64,000 nucleotides of DNA from Eledone cirrhosa. Lineage: Eukaryota. The notes under the pieces were generated by a model that saw nothing but the letters and a program-made list of their open reading frames with translations, searched no databases and had not been told where the DNA came from. A program made the translations under genes and the position numbers. Below, piece by piece: positions 31,440 to 44,647 of this stretch. The DNA is taken from positions 299,646,001 through 299,710,000 of the forward strand of contig OZ024743.1 of NCBI GenBank assembly GCA_964016885.1, given 5' to 3'. Positions within the stretch are counted from its first letter, which is position 1. Each line of letters starts with the position of its first letter.

Positions 31440-31441
<2 letters not shown>
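30871..31441. mobile_element. Small element with ~95 bp inverted termini and a decayed HHR (31146-31224, minus strand)
   Basis: AGTAAAGCATG.CCAGAGAATTATTT...AATTAACCACA is inverted at the other end. Minus strand reads ATCCC-CGGAAGA-...-GAAAC-CAAAGG-GTC-GGGAT. Confidence 0.7.
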
Positions 31442-31490
<49 letters not shown>

Positions 31491-31504
31491 TAGAGAGAGA
31501 GAGA

Positions 31505-32132
31505 ATTACTAACACAACAGTTAGTTCACCATACCGAGAACAATTGTTTCACCTTATGCAGATCTTCATCTCGGGCTGATAATGGCTATACGGAATAGGA
31601 AAAAAAAGAGAAACGACCGTACGAACGCGTATGCGCAAGAAACGGTCACTTCTTCCAAGCGATAAATAATCACGGTCGAAATGTGTAAGGGAGATAACTG
31701 CGAATGTACGGAATAAATTGTTCGAGTTGATTATAATATAGAATGTTGATGTTATTCAATCCGGAGCTTTGTAGTTATGCAAGAGATGTTTGCAGACGTG
31801 TGGACAACGGGAGGAGAGTTCATTTTTTTTAATTTAGGCAATCGCTATTGCTTAATCTCAGAATATTGATCCTTTCTTCAATACATAGTCCACAAGATGG
31901 TTTACCCCTTGCGTATGGCTTGGACTTAGTGATAGCCTTCTATTGAATGGAGTTGTCTATACCTGAGTCATTGAGGGACTATAGGTGGCTCACGGATTTT
32001 GGACATTCGCAGTTATCTTCCTTGCACCTTTCGACCATGGTTTTTTATCGCTTGGGAAAAGTGACCGTTTCTGCGCATGCGCGTTCACATGGTTGTTTCT
32101 CTTTTTCCTGTTCTGTATAACCATTATCAGTC
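31505..32132. mobile_element. Element with ~130 bp diverged inverted arms and a decayed HHR (31534-31574, minus strand)
   Basis: 31576-31710 versus 32001-32131. Minus strand reads CCGAG-ATGAAGA-..-GAAAC-AATT-GTT-CTCGG. Confidence 0.65.
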
Positions 32133-32557
32133 GTGTTATATAAGTGAGTAATATAAGAGCTAATTCTTTTTTAAAATCACAGCTATATATTTTGTGAACA
32201 AGAATGACACATGTTTATTTGTTCATGACATTTCTCCCTTGGCTATAGACAATGTACAATATTATTGTCGGCGCTGGATATATGTGAAGAACTTCTTTTT
32301 TCTATATTGTAATATGTCTTTTGTAACTGCTCTAGGCACACACACTCACTGTCAAACAGAATTATGGACAGGTGCATGTACGTATACCATTAGATTCCGA
32401 CAACAAATTCCGGAGATAGTTTCCACATAAACCACTCCGAACTATTATGAAGGAATCATTACACATCCAGAATATGATCATGCAAAAGTTTAAATAGTCT
32501 AGACAATTTATAGTTATAAACGACATGTAAGCCACGCATAGAAAAATATTAAATCAT

Positions 32558-32660
32558 GATTTCTAATTTAGGTAATAGGCCAGGAATTTATGGGGAAAGG
32601 AAAGATGTTTTATCCGCATCAGTACTGAACTCGTACTTTATTTCATCGACCTCAAGAAGA
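32558..32660 (-). mobile_element. Partial diverged SINE 3' part
   Basis: AGGCCAGGAATT...GTACTTTATTTCATCGACC resembles the other copies. Confidence 0.55.
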
Positions 32661-32906
32661 AATCCTAACAATGGTGATTAATGTCTTATATAAAACGTTA
32701 TTGCTTTAACTGCTGCCGCAGTGTCCACAGATAAGTACAGAATCGATCCAAATTCATACGAAATATATTAGTGAATTAACAAAGCGGAATATACAACATT
32801 TCTTGGGGGGTACTTCAAATATGGTATCAAGTGCTACTATTCGTTGTCTACGCCATCTGCCCAAGCAATCCGAAGACACTGGTTTCAAAGTCACGATCAT
32901 AACTGT

Positions 32907-32944
<38 letters not shown>

Positions 32945-32988
32945 ATATTTGAATATAGGAATACATACATACAGTTCGGATCTAGCTG

Positions 32989-33109
<121 letters not shown>

Positions 33110-33327
33110 TTCAATTAGAAGCTATATAACCAAAATAGGCATATAGAGATATTGATAGGGATATACCAAATTAGACGAGTACAACCAAGTACAGCTAAGT
33201 AGTCGATCTTGGGAAAGTAGAATGTATGCATGGTGTAAAACTAGTGCCCGATGGCTCAGCTCAGGTCATTTGAACGGTGAGTGGACAGCTCGCTGCTGAA
33301 ACGGCGTGACCGCAGATGTCGAAACTA

Positions 33328-35870
33328 CATTATTATTATTATTAATATTGTTCTTTGTTTCTCAGTCATTGATGATAGTTAACTGGAAAGTTTGTTGAAA
33401 TGAATATCAAGCCACTACCTGCAGCCTCAGATATTCAGGACGTATCGGAGGGTTCTTGCTGTTCCCAGCAAGCATGCCTTTTGAAGTGTTGCAAAAATAG
33501 GGGCGGGGCCAATTGTCGTTAACCATACCTGAAAACCTTTTGAGGAACTAATGCGCTTATGACAATCGCTTTGACTTCATGGCAGTTCCAAATCATTTTT
33601 ACTTCCCACTTTAAGTCCTGGTAACGGTTAATTTTCTCCCTCTCCTTCTCTTGCACTCTCGTGTCGAATGGGCAGGCCACATCCACAATCGGGCACGATC
33701 TTTTTTCCTTGTCTAAAACCACAAGATCAGGTCTATGGTGTTCCAGTTTGTTGTCCGTCTGTATCCTAAAATCACCTGATCGTTTTCTATCTCCGACTCC
33801 GCCTTATGCTCATACCACTTCTCAGAATGTGGTAAATTGTTTACTTTGCATAGGTGCCAGTGGATCACCCTGCCCATCACATATGTCTCCAGCCTTTATA
33901 GTGAGTCTGAGCTAGGTGTTTACACTCGGATACATTGTGAGTCACAGTCTCCTCTCTCTCTCCACAGATCCTGCACAGTAGGCTAGCCTCCTCCTTGTAA
34001 ATATGGTGTTTCAGCCACTTCGTTTTGAAGGCCTGCTCTTGCGCAGCCATTAGCATTCATTCTGTAGCCTTTTTAAGGTCTCCTCTTTTCAATTCCATGT
34101 CTGTGGATCTCTGAGTTCCGTTTTCTCAAAGAAGGTAATATGAAGGCATTATTCATGGAGGCTGCTCTTTCTCCTTGTTGTTATTTCCTCCTTGGACATC
34201 CCCTGGTCTATTGTCCTCTCCTTCAGTACAATTCTGAGCATTGGCTCCTTACTATCGGTCACGTATTTGTGTAGGTTGTTTTTCTCCATCTGAAGACAGT
34301 CCTCTATGCTGATAAGACCTCTACCCACATTCAGATTTCCTTAAGTAGAGTCTATCGACATCACTTCTCTTGTGGAACATGATGTAGATAGTCAATAGCT
34401 TCCTAGTCTTCCTATCAATTTCTTTTTGTTCAGCAACATTCCATCTCAGAATTCCCGCATTGTACCTAATAATAGACACAGCTCTGTCATTTACTGCACT
34501 TATGGCATTCCTACTGTTTAGATGTGACTTTAATACGCTCCTTATTCTCCGAATGTATTCAAATCTTATCAATTCCCTCATGTTTTTGTTCTTGATGTCA
34601 TCAGTCTCCAGAATACCCAAATACGTGTATCCATCTTCAGTATCAATTTCCTTTATCATCTCACCTTTTGGTACCTGTATTCCGTTGCTTCTGCTCGATT
34701 TACCCCTCTTCATCACAAGGACTCCACACTTACTAATACCAAATTGCATACATATATCATTGCTGAAAATACGGACAGTGTCAACAAGCACATACAACTC
34801 CTTTTCACTCTTCCCGAAGAGCTTAAGATCGTCCATGAAGAGGAGGTGATTGATGGTAAGCTCTCCCTTTCCCAACTTGTATCCTGCTCTCACATTTCGC
34901 AGTATAATGGTCAGGGGCATCAGGGCAAGGACAAACAACAGATGGGACAGACTACCCCCCTGGAAGATACCTCTCTTGATCTTCAGGCCTCCGAAGGATT
35001 CTCCAGCTGATGTTAACTCTGTTTTCCAGGACTTCATACTTTTGCTCAACAATTGTCTGATGTTATCTGCCACCTTGAAGATCTCTAGGATTTTGGGGAT
35101 CCAAGAATGAGGCACTATGTCAAATGCCTTTTTGTAATCTATCTATCCCATGGCAAGACCAGTGTGTCTCCTCTTGCAATTCTTCATTACCATCTTATCA
35201 ATAAGTAACTGGTCCTTTGTACCACGGGACTTCTTTCGGCATCCTTTCTGTTCGTCCGGTAACAAGTTGTTTGTGTGGTGGTGATGGTAGATTTCCTCAG
35301 TAACAATGCTTGTCAACAGTTACCACATTACGGACAGACATGTGATAGGTCTATAGTTGATAACATCATTACCCTTGATTCGGTCTTTCATTACCAGAAC
35401 TGTGGTACCTTTTGTCAACCACTCTGGTACCTCACCTGACATCAAGCAGTCATTGAACATGGTTGTCAGTTTCGGTTGGAGGGATGTTATATTTTTAATC
35501 CAATACCCTGCACACCATCTGGGCCCGGTGATTACAAGTTGGTTAGTTTTTTGGCCTGCCCCTTAAGAGTTTCAACTGTGATACTAAAATCAGTTTGTTG
35601 GTGTGCCTGTTCACTAATCTTGTCCTAGCCCATCGGCATTCATCTCCTCAATGGCCGTATCTTTGTTCTAGATCATTGTCTGGTTCGGGTGGTTCCTCCG
35701 TTCTCTCAACCTCTTCACCTTCATTTCCCACTGGCTCGTTTGCCTGGCATACTCCACCCTCCATTTCCAACCTAATTTCTCTACTCAGTTCCTCCAGTTC
35801 CAGCTCGCTTATCCACCCATTAGTTCTTATTACCCGAGCCTGCCCGGCAATTTTTGTTCATCTAATTTAA
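33328..35870 (-). mobile_element. Decayed R4/Dong-like non-LTR retrotransposon (RT, CCHC, RLE) with (AAT)n tail
   Basis: DYKKAFDIVPHSWI, GIFQGGSLS, HLLFMDDLKL, CRICGEREETVTH, RPDLVVLDK..IVDVACPFD..EKINRYQDL; tail at 33328-33342. Confidence 0.88.
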
Positions 35871-36839
35871 ATAGACCAATCTCGTTCCAGATGTTATGCA
35901 TCCGTTTCCTATAGCCTTTCTCCTTGGGGTTACTCTTCAGGTAACATTGCATAACAGTTCTATTCAATTATTTCTTCCAGTTGGTTCTGGTCCCTTTCCT
36001 TCTTCTTCTTACTCCGACACCAGCAGTATTTGGTTGACAGCCAGGTCCCTGCTGCTGAGCCAGGGAGCACCTGCTGGGTGAGAGTCTGTCACATGACATT
36101 CTAGTCTCCACTTCACCGTTATTCGAACTGTTTAGGTTCGACTTTTAAACGCTCTTATCGAGGATTGGTGAATGTATGGCTACCTAACCACCGGTGATTT
36201 CATGACCTCCGGTGATTTCATCACTCCCGGTGATTTTTGTGTGGTACTATCACGCTGTAGACGAACATAAATAAACAAACAAACAAATAGGAAAAAACAA
36301 AACAAAAAAGAATAAGCATAAGTTTCATTGTAATATAATGTTTGAATGTCTGACTTAGTTTTTCCCTTCCCTTCTCTGTCCGTCTGTTTGTTTTTCTTTT
36401 CATTTTTCTTTTCTTTACGTTTTTCATTGTTGCTGTGCTGCTTTGATTTTGATTTTGATTTTGATTATTATTCTTCTGATTATTATTGGCGACCTACGTA
36501 GTAAATCGTATCATCGTGAGCTCCGCAAAGGTTTGTTGTTTCCGTTTGTTAAAAATTGCCATTTATGGACAATTTTTATTGTTAACTGTATATAAGCGCA
36601 CCCAAAAAGATTGGGGCCTTGTGCCCAAAATTTAAACTTTTATGATTATCAAAAAATTTCTTTAAAAAATCATGACTGATCACCTCTGCACCAAGCAGCT
36701 GAGAGCCTTCCTCACAAACTAATACCTCACACCGACACCACCATTGTAAATATTACTACGTTTGCCAACACTAAAAATTTAAGCAGTAGCAATATTTTAA
36801 ATTTGTCTCTGGGAGACATTCATTTCCCGCCATTACCAA

Positions 36840-38594
36840 TGACTGCAGGTGTTACATCCGCCACCACCACCACACCACCACCGCGACAACAGAAACAAAA
36901 CAAAAAAATAAATTAACTCGTGATGTCGAAATGAATTCAACCAAAATGAACTCTTCCACACCGAACACCACTGACCCCACCACCACCACAACTGAAACTA
37001 AAATTAATAATAACAAAAATAACGATAACAACAACAGCAACAATGACATTAAGAAAACCACCCTGAGTTTTGCCAGAGTAGCAAAACAGTGCGAAGCATT
37101 TCAGGTAACTCAGGAGGAATTAGAAGAGCCAAAAAAATGGTAAAGAGAGATGGGTACAGGGTCAGCCCCCCCATACCTAATAAAATGGAGCATCGGCGCC
37201 TATGCACCGTGTCTTATCGAACAATTAATGTAAAATCGCGCCGAGTGGAACGGGCATCCGAGTCCCAAATCCAAAAAGCTTTGGGACATGTGTGGGCCAG
37301 AAAAACCCACATCAGACGTGGGCAGAAGTATGGAACCGTGGACGTGTTCTTTGAAACACCAGAGGAGGCTAGAGAACACTCCATCGCCCCATTAAAAAGT
37401 GACGACTTCACACTCGTCCCAAGCTATTGTGGCCAGAGACTCGTGAAGATCAGGGTCACCCACGTTCCACCGGCCATCGAAATTCCCTCGCTAATAGCTG
37501 CCGTCCTCGCCGGCATCGAAGCCAACACCAAGATAATAGCAATAGCGAAAGAAAAGCAGGAGAACTGGTCCGGATCTGGGATGGAGCTCCTGATCCAAGC
37601 GGACCAAAAAAGCATTGAGGAGATCCCAGAGGTAATAGACCTCACTGACAGCAGCCACCTCACCGTAATTATCGAGGGCAGAAGGCCTAGCTGTGTCGTT
37701 TGTGGTGAAGGAACCCACCTAAGGGCTTTCTGCCCTCAGGCTAAAAGGTGGAGGCCACCTCTCGAACCCACAACAGTGACTCAACCATCAACACCACAGC
37801 AGCAGAGATGGCAGCAACAACAGAAGCAACTATAACAGCAACAACCCCAGCAACAGTAGCAAAACCAACACCACCACCAGCCAACGCTTCACAACTAGCA
37901 CCAGCGCCTACACCATCCACCACGCCACAATCAAAACTAACGCCAGTGGAGGATTTTCGACTCCCCGGCCTATCACAACTGGAGACAGATTGTGACGACG
38001 AGGAGTGGGAAACGGTATCAGGAAAAAAGAAAAAAAGAAACCAAAAAAAGAAAAAAAATCTCTTCCTTCCCCCTCCAAAAACAAAATACAGAGGGAAACA
38101 AATAAACTATCAAACAAAAAAGTTAGGACAGACATGCCACCATCCACACCAGCATCACCAACCCCATCACCCCAAACACCAACACCATCACCATCATTAA
38201 CCCCAACACACCATCACCTACACCACAAAAGTCACCAAAATGCGAAACAGAAACAAAACCACGACAAACGCAAACAAAACAAAACAACCAAAACGATACA
38301 CACTACACAACATTAAATTTGAACAACAACCAATTATTACACTACATCCAACACAACACCAGCATCACAGAAAAAGACTACACAACAACCCCAAAATTCA
38401 CACCACCGCCACACATACAAATCACTCGCATCACACAGAAAACGTACATGATACTAAAACATAAATTCCCCAAAAACATCGGAGACTTCCGACAAGCACT
38501 CTCCAGGAGGATTTATAAGGACATCCTTCCTGAGGAGGCCACAATCAGTGAAAAGGATGGAGAAACCGTCCTTCCTCTACGAGAAGTAAGGTAA
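36840..38594 (+). pseudogene. Tx1-like ORF1 (gag-like, zinc knuckle), frameshifted
   Basis: EGRRPSCVVCGEGTHLRAFC, EWETVSGKKKKR and a Pro/Thr-rich linker across several frames. Confidence 0.8.
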
Positions 38595-38628
38595 GTGGTC
38601 TTTCCCATCTTTTCCACTCCATTTGAAC

Positions 38629-41600
38629 ATGACCTCACTCAGAATAGGCAGTATAAATGCGCGTGGCTTGGGGGGTCGTCATTGAAGCAGGGCCACCTGC
38701 TCAACGACCTCAGGTCACTAAACATAGATGTAGTGGCCATCAGCGAGACCAGAATCTCCGAAGCACGGGCCTTCGCACCGATCTTCGGCGGCTACGATGT
38801 GTACGCATCTCCCAGCCGTCCGGGATCGGGGGGAGGAGTTGCTGTGCTTTTTCAGAGAGGTTTGGATCTTGCCGTACGGGACATCTTCCTGCACCCAGAA
38901 GGTAAGTTGGTGGTGCTGGACGTGACCAGGGGACAAGGGCATGCTTTCAGGTTAGTGGCCGTCTATGCCCCGACAAGAGCAGGGCCGCCTGATTTCTTCC
39001 GGCCTCTGGACACCTTTCTTGGAACGTCCCGCTCTTTAGTGTTAGTGGGCGACTGGAACGGGACCATAGATGCACGCTGGGACTGTGTGGGATTAGCGGA
39101 TAGGGGAGGAGGGTGCAAGAGCCTCACCAACCTGCTCAGGTGTTTTGAACTGTCTGACAGGTAACGATCGGATTTCCCGAATGTGCCAATGTGGACTTGG
39201 ACAAATCGCATAGGGTCATCCAGATCATATCTAGTTAGAGTATTTTGTAGGGAAATAGATAGGTCTAGCATAGGCTGTCCACAATTCAAGATAGTCAGCT
39301 ACACGGACCACAAATTCGTATTCTGTGTGCTTGACTTAGATAGGCTTCATAGACGAGAACCCGGCTATTGGAAGCTAAACGCTTCCTTACCAGCGCGCAA
39401 GGCCTACAGAGACCGGATTAGCGAACTAGTTAAGCGGGCGTTGATGGGGGCCATCATCAACAATAAGTGGTGGTTTGCTCTGAAAAGAGCAATTAGAATA
39501 GAGTCCATTAGGTTTAGTAAGGCAAAAGAAAAAAATTGTGCAGAGGGAGAATTAGCTGAAAATTAGGCGAGACGCTTAGCAAAGGCATCTTGACCGACGT
39601 ACTTGCGGCGAAATTGGCCCTTGACCAATTCTTCAATGCAAAGCACGAAGGTTGCGTTGTCAGAGCTAGGGTGCGTGCTCTCAGACACGAGGGGACGAAA
39701 GCCGTTCAATGGGCCCGAGTGGCGGAGGCGCGTCGTGGCAACAAAGCCACGATCCGGTCTTTGGTGGACCACGACGGGCGCATGCTACTCGATCCCGGGC
39801 AAATGTGTGAAGCTTTTCGGCGACACTTCGCACAGCTGTTCGGGGGCAGCGGCAGGCCGGATCGAGGGATGGACTTTAGTGTCTACCTCGACGGACTGTA
39901 GCGGCTCTCGGCCACTGAGGCGGAGTGTTGCGAAAAGCCGATAACAGCCGCTGAAGTACGGGGGACAATTACTGGCTGCACAAGGGGTAAATCGCCTGGT
40001 TTGGATGGTCTGCCCTATGAACTTTACGTACAAATGCCAAAATTGTTCGGAGGCCTCTTGGCGGACGTCTACTGCAACTGGCAACAGAACGGGAGAATTC
40101 CCAGCTCTGTGAGCCGAGGAGCTGTGGCGGTGCTGAGAAAGGATCCGAACAAGGGGGATAACATAAATAATTTCAGGCCCATAACTCTGCTAAACTCAGA
40201 GTCCAAGATTTTGGCGGAGGTGCTAGCAAAGAGGTTGGCGCTTGTCGTTGGTGGTCTGGTGGGAGAGGCGCAGAGATGTGCCATTCACGACAGATCCATC
40301 CACGACAATCTCCACCTAATGAGATACATCGTAGAGAGGGTAGCTAGGGAACCTGGCACGGGTGGAGCCTTGATCAATTTAGATCAGTCGAAAGCTTTCT
40401 ATAGGGTCGACCATCGTTACATAGCGGCAGTCCTGATGGAAGCTGGTTTTGCGCCATTCTTCAGAGGCTGGATCATTGCCATGCACAGCGACAACTGCTC
40501 TGTGGTGAGAGTGAACGGTCAGCTTTCGGAACCGTTCAACATCATGCGCTCGCTCCGCCAAGGATGTACCCTGTCGTCCCTCTTGTACGTATTGACACTC
40601 GATCCATTACTGCACAAACTGGAGACGTTGAGGGGGGTCCCGCGCGAACTAGGATGCGGAAGATCCGTGTCAGCATATGCGGACGATGTCACCGTAGTGG
40701 TGTCGAACGCCAAACACATCGAGGTGATCGGCACTACACTAAGAGAATACGAAGCGGTGACAGGAGCAATGATCAACCAGGAAAAGTCAGTGGTCCTGCA
40801 GCTCGGCACCTGGAGAGGCAGGTCCATGTCGTCCAACAGCAACGTCGGACGCTGGACGGACGGACCGGTTAAATTGCTAGGGGTCTGGTTCGGTCCGGAC
40901 CTCCAGACGGACAAAATCTGGGACGAGGTGACGAGCAGGGTGGCTTCTCTCACCCAGAAATAGGCGGATAAGGAAGCTATCCCTGAAAGGTCGAGCGGAG
41001 GTGGCTAACGCCTACATCGCCTCCGTCATCTACTACCGCCTGACCGTCGTACCTTGTCCTAAGCGCCGCCTGACTGCGCTGGAGCGTTTGCTCTTTCGCT
41101 CTTTGTGGAAGGGACGCGCTCCGATGGTCAGGCGGTCCATCTGCTGTCAACACCCGCTACGTGGAGGGCTGGGCATGCCGTGGCTGATGATGCGCAGATA
41201 CGCGCTCAGGCTACGACATCTCCACCTCTTATTCGACGGTGATCAGGTGTGGTCGCCGTTTGCTAGACACGTATTTCCCCAGCTCGTCTCCTTGACGGAG
41301 CTGCAGTCCTGGGTCAAGCGAAGACCGAGAGGGAGCGCTTGGAGACTGGAATGTCTTCAGGCGCTCACAGCCCTCGACCAATCGGGCAATGTGGTCGGTG
41401 GAAACTCCACCTTGGCGTTCTATAGAGGATTAGTGGAGGGGAAGAACGACGACGTACTTGGAGAAACTCTAGGCGTCGACGAAAATCAACTAGCCAATCT
41501 CTTCGGAAGTACTTTCGGGCCGGGGCCTATGGACAACTTCCAGAAATCCCTGGCCTGGCAGTACTACCGAGGAGCTTTGCCAGTTCGGGATAAACTCTAC

Positions 41601-42044
41601 AGGCATGGAGGTGCCGTCAGCCGGGCATGTTCGAGATGCGCGCAGGGCGACGTAACCGTCCTGCACGCACTCGTACAGTGTCCGAACATTGCTGACTTGT
41701 GGGTTTATGTCGAACACCTGCTGTCACGTGTAGGACGGATCCAGCTATCAGCTGAGTCCATCGTGAGGATTGCCCCGGCCTCTTCCTTTAGCCGGGAAGG
41801 GCAGGTAGTTTTTATCTGTCTGGTGGCCATGGCGAAAGAGATAGTTTGGTGGATACTTTTGAAAGGTCTGAAGACGAGCACTTACCTCTTCGGTGATGCC
41901 CTGATTAACTTTTTCAAATTTCATTTGAAAAGGAAAATAAGGGGAGAGAGGGAAGTGCTCTCTTCCCAGCATTTTGTTAAAAGATGGGTGAGAGAAGCAA
42001 GTAAGGCCCGAGCGAATGGGCCTACTCTGAGTATCTGTCTGTAA
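38629..42044 (+). pseudogene. Tx1-like ORF2 (APE endonuclease, RT, C-terminal Zn motif) with stops and frameshifts
   Basis: AISET, GGVAVL, VYAP, GDWN, YTDH, PGYWKLN, SPGLDGL, FRPITLLN, LDQSKAF, LRQGCTLS, YADD, CSRC...HALVQC. Confidence 0.92.
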
Positions 42045-42531
42045 ATTAAAGGTGGAAAACTGGGAGAGGGTACTTGCCCTCGTGGTCAGGGTCACTCTGG
42101 CCTTTTAATGGGCTTTCTCCACAAATGTCCCTCGGAAGTCTCCCCCCTATTGGGGAATTTTTCATTGTTATTTTTTATTACATCCTCTGTTTTTTTTACA
42201 CGCAGAAATGCCCATTTGTACCGTCCTGTATTGTCATGTACTGTCATTAATGTCTACTTTATGTAAACCCTTGTGGTTAATAAAGAAAGCATTATTATTA
42301 TTATTATTATTATTGAATGCTATGGTTGACGGAGGCTCGGCTCTGTAAGGTATTGTAAATTTTGAACACTATAACAATTGTAAATTGTTTAAAACTTTAA
42401 CGAACTTGTAGACAAAAACACCCTCCTCCTCGTGAGAGGGGTCTTTCTGCCCGTTATTTGGCCCTTCGGGGTTAAATAACTGCTTATTGGGGTTTTGTAC
42501 CGAATATTTATTTTAAACAAAAAAAAACAAC

Positions 42532-44612
42532 ATGGCTACGAAAAAGAAATTTCATAGGTCACTCCCACTCATTCCGTCTTCTTCTTCCTCAATCATCACT
42601 ACAGCAGAGAGAAGATTGTCTCTCTCCCTCCCTTCCTTAAATGTGTCTCTCTCCCTCCCTTCTCTTTCGCAAGCGACGAAAGAAAAGAAAAGTCTCGTGC
42701 AAAGCGTGCAAGGTTTTTCCACAACGACGACGACAGCGACGAAACAGGTGTGCGGGAAATACGAAAACCCAGTTCATTCGTCTGACGTCAGGAATAATAG
42801 CAGTAGCAGCTGTAATAACAACAGCAACAGTGACAATGAAAACAACAGTAGCAGCCGCAACAGCATCACCAGCAGCATAAACAACAACAGCATTAGCAGC
42901 AGCAACACCAACAACAACCACAGCAACAGCGGCGGAGGCAGTAGTCGTAATACCTGCAGCAACAACAAAAGTAACAGCAGCTCTGACGACAACAACAACA
43001 ACAGCAGCAAAGAAAAACCAATCTCATTTGCAGGTATTGCGAAAAACTTGGAAACAATCCTCATAACAAATGAGGAATTAGAGGAAGCGAAGAAGATGGT
43101 GACAAAGAATGGACACCGAGCAATCTGCAAGGCAGCGGAAAACATTTTCGAAACCCAACGGCACTGTACGGTCACGTACCGTACAGTAAGTACAAAATCC
43201 CGCAGGGTGGAAAGAGCCACAGAGGCTCAAATACAAAAAGCCTTGGGGTCTGTGTGGCAGCGGAAAACGCACATCACCCGAGGCCAAAAATATGCCACCG
43301 TAGACGTACTTTTTGCCACACCCCAGGAGGCAAAGGCCCAATCCGTAGTGACCCTAAGGAGCGAGGAAATGATGTTGGTGCCCTCCTACTGCGGGCAAAA
43401 AATTGTGAGGGTCAAACTGACCTACGTCCCCCCCGGGATGGCCCCTTCTTGGCTGGCCGCGCCTGTCCTCGTCGGAATCGAGACAAAACAACTGTACTGC
43501 AAGTACAGAAAAAAGTAAGAGAAGATTGGGTCGGCACCTCCATTGAGATGCTAATCCAAACCAACCAGGAGTGCATCGAAGCTATCCCGGATGTGATAGA
43601 CTTCGATAACGGCACTCAACTGCCTGCCCATAAGTGTTGAGGGCAAACGCCCGAAATGCTTTCGCTGTGGATCGAAGACTCACCTCAGGGCCTACTGCAA
43701 CGAGAAGACCCTGAGAAAGGAGAAAACCCCCCTCCTTCCGAAACCGGCTCCACGGCTACCAGCAACAGGACAAGCGGCAACCAGGAACGATAGGTCCGTG
43801 GCACCCATACCCACGCCACGGAAATCAAAAACAGCAGCAGCAGTGGAAATATTAACAACAACAACAGCAATACCAAATGCAGCTACAACAGAGACTCCAG
43901 TGCAAACATCACCAACAACAACGAGTGAAAGAGTGGAGCTGGTACCCCTCCCCGACCTCACAGAATCAGACATGGAGTGTGAGGTGGGAGAGGGATGGCA
44001 AAAGGTCGTAAGAAGGCACAAACGCAGAAGCAGCGCATCGTCGCCTTTGAAAAGGGAGGAAAGAAATGAGAAAAGGGTAAAGTCTACTGCAAAGAGACCC
44101 ACAGCAGCAACACCACCAACACCATCACCACCGGCGACAACCCCACCGCCAACAACACCTTCAACACCACCACCACAAGCACCAACATCGCAAACACAAC
44201 AAAAAACACACACACCCAGCAACAACGACAAGAAAATAGCAGAACCACACCCCACCCCCAGAAAAACAAATGCACGGCAATAAATACACACAACAAGAAA
44301 CTAATGACTTACATAATTGAACACACAGACATTTCACAACACGACTACATAATACCAGCACCAATCAAAACGCCAACTAGCATAAGACTGCTAAACATAG
44401 CACAGAAACAATACACAAACATTAAAACAAAATTCCCCAACGCAGTTGGTGATTTCAGGGACCTAGGAGGAACTATCAATCGAAGAGTATATTCAGACAT
44501 TCTCATAGAAGAGCCGACGACCAGCCGAAGGGACGATTCAACGGTCCCTTCACCAGACGATCAAGTGAAAAGGGATGTAAAAACCATCCCTCCTCTACGA
44601 ACAGTACGGTAA
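42532..44612 (+). pseudogene. Tx1-like ORF1, frameshifted
   Basis: HCTVTYRTVSTKSRRVERATEAQIQKALG; EGKRPKCFRCGSKTHLRAYC at ~43638-43700; WQKVVRRHKRR. Confidence 0.8.
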
Positions 44613-44647
44613 GTGGTCTTTCCCATATTTTCCACTCTATTTTAAAC

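Larger units (their letters stand above)
36488..42313 (+). mobile_element. Tx1-like (L1 clade) non-LTR retrotransposon, copy 1, near full length and disrupted
   Basis: ORF1 with CCHC knuckle, ORF2 APE-RT-Zn, AATAAA at 42279 and (ATT)n tail. The 5' boundary is approximate. Confidence 0.9.

Noticed and set aside
33293-33330. CTGAAAC...GAAAC as a possible HHR
   Set aside because: The core is wrong, there is no stem I, and it abuts a LINE tail.
36190-36236. Three CCGGTGATTT units at 18 bp spacing
   Set aside because: Too short to assign a function; probably a local duplication.
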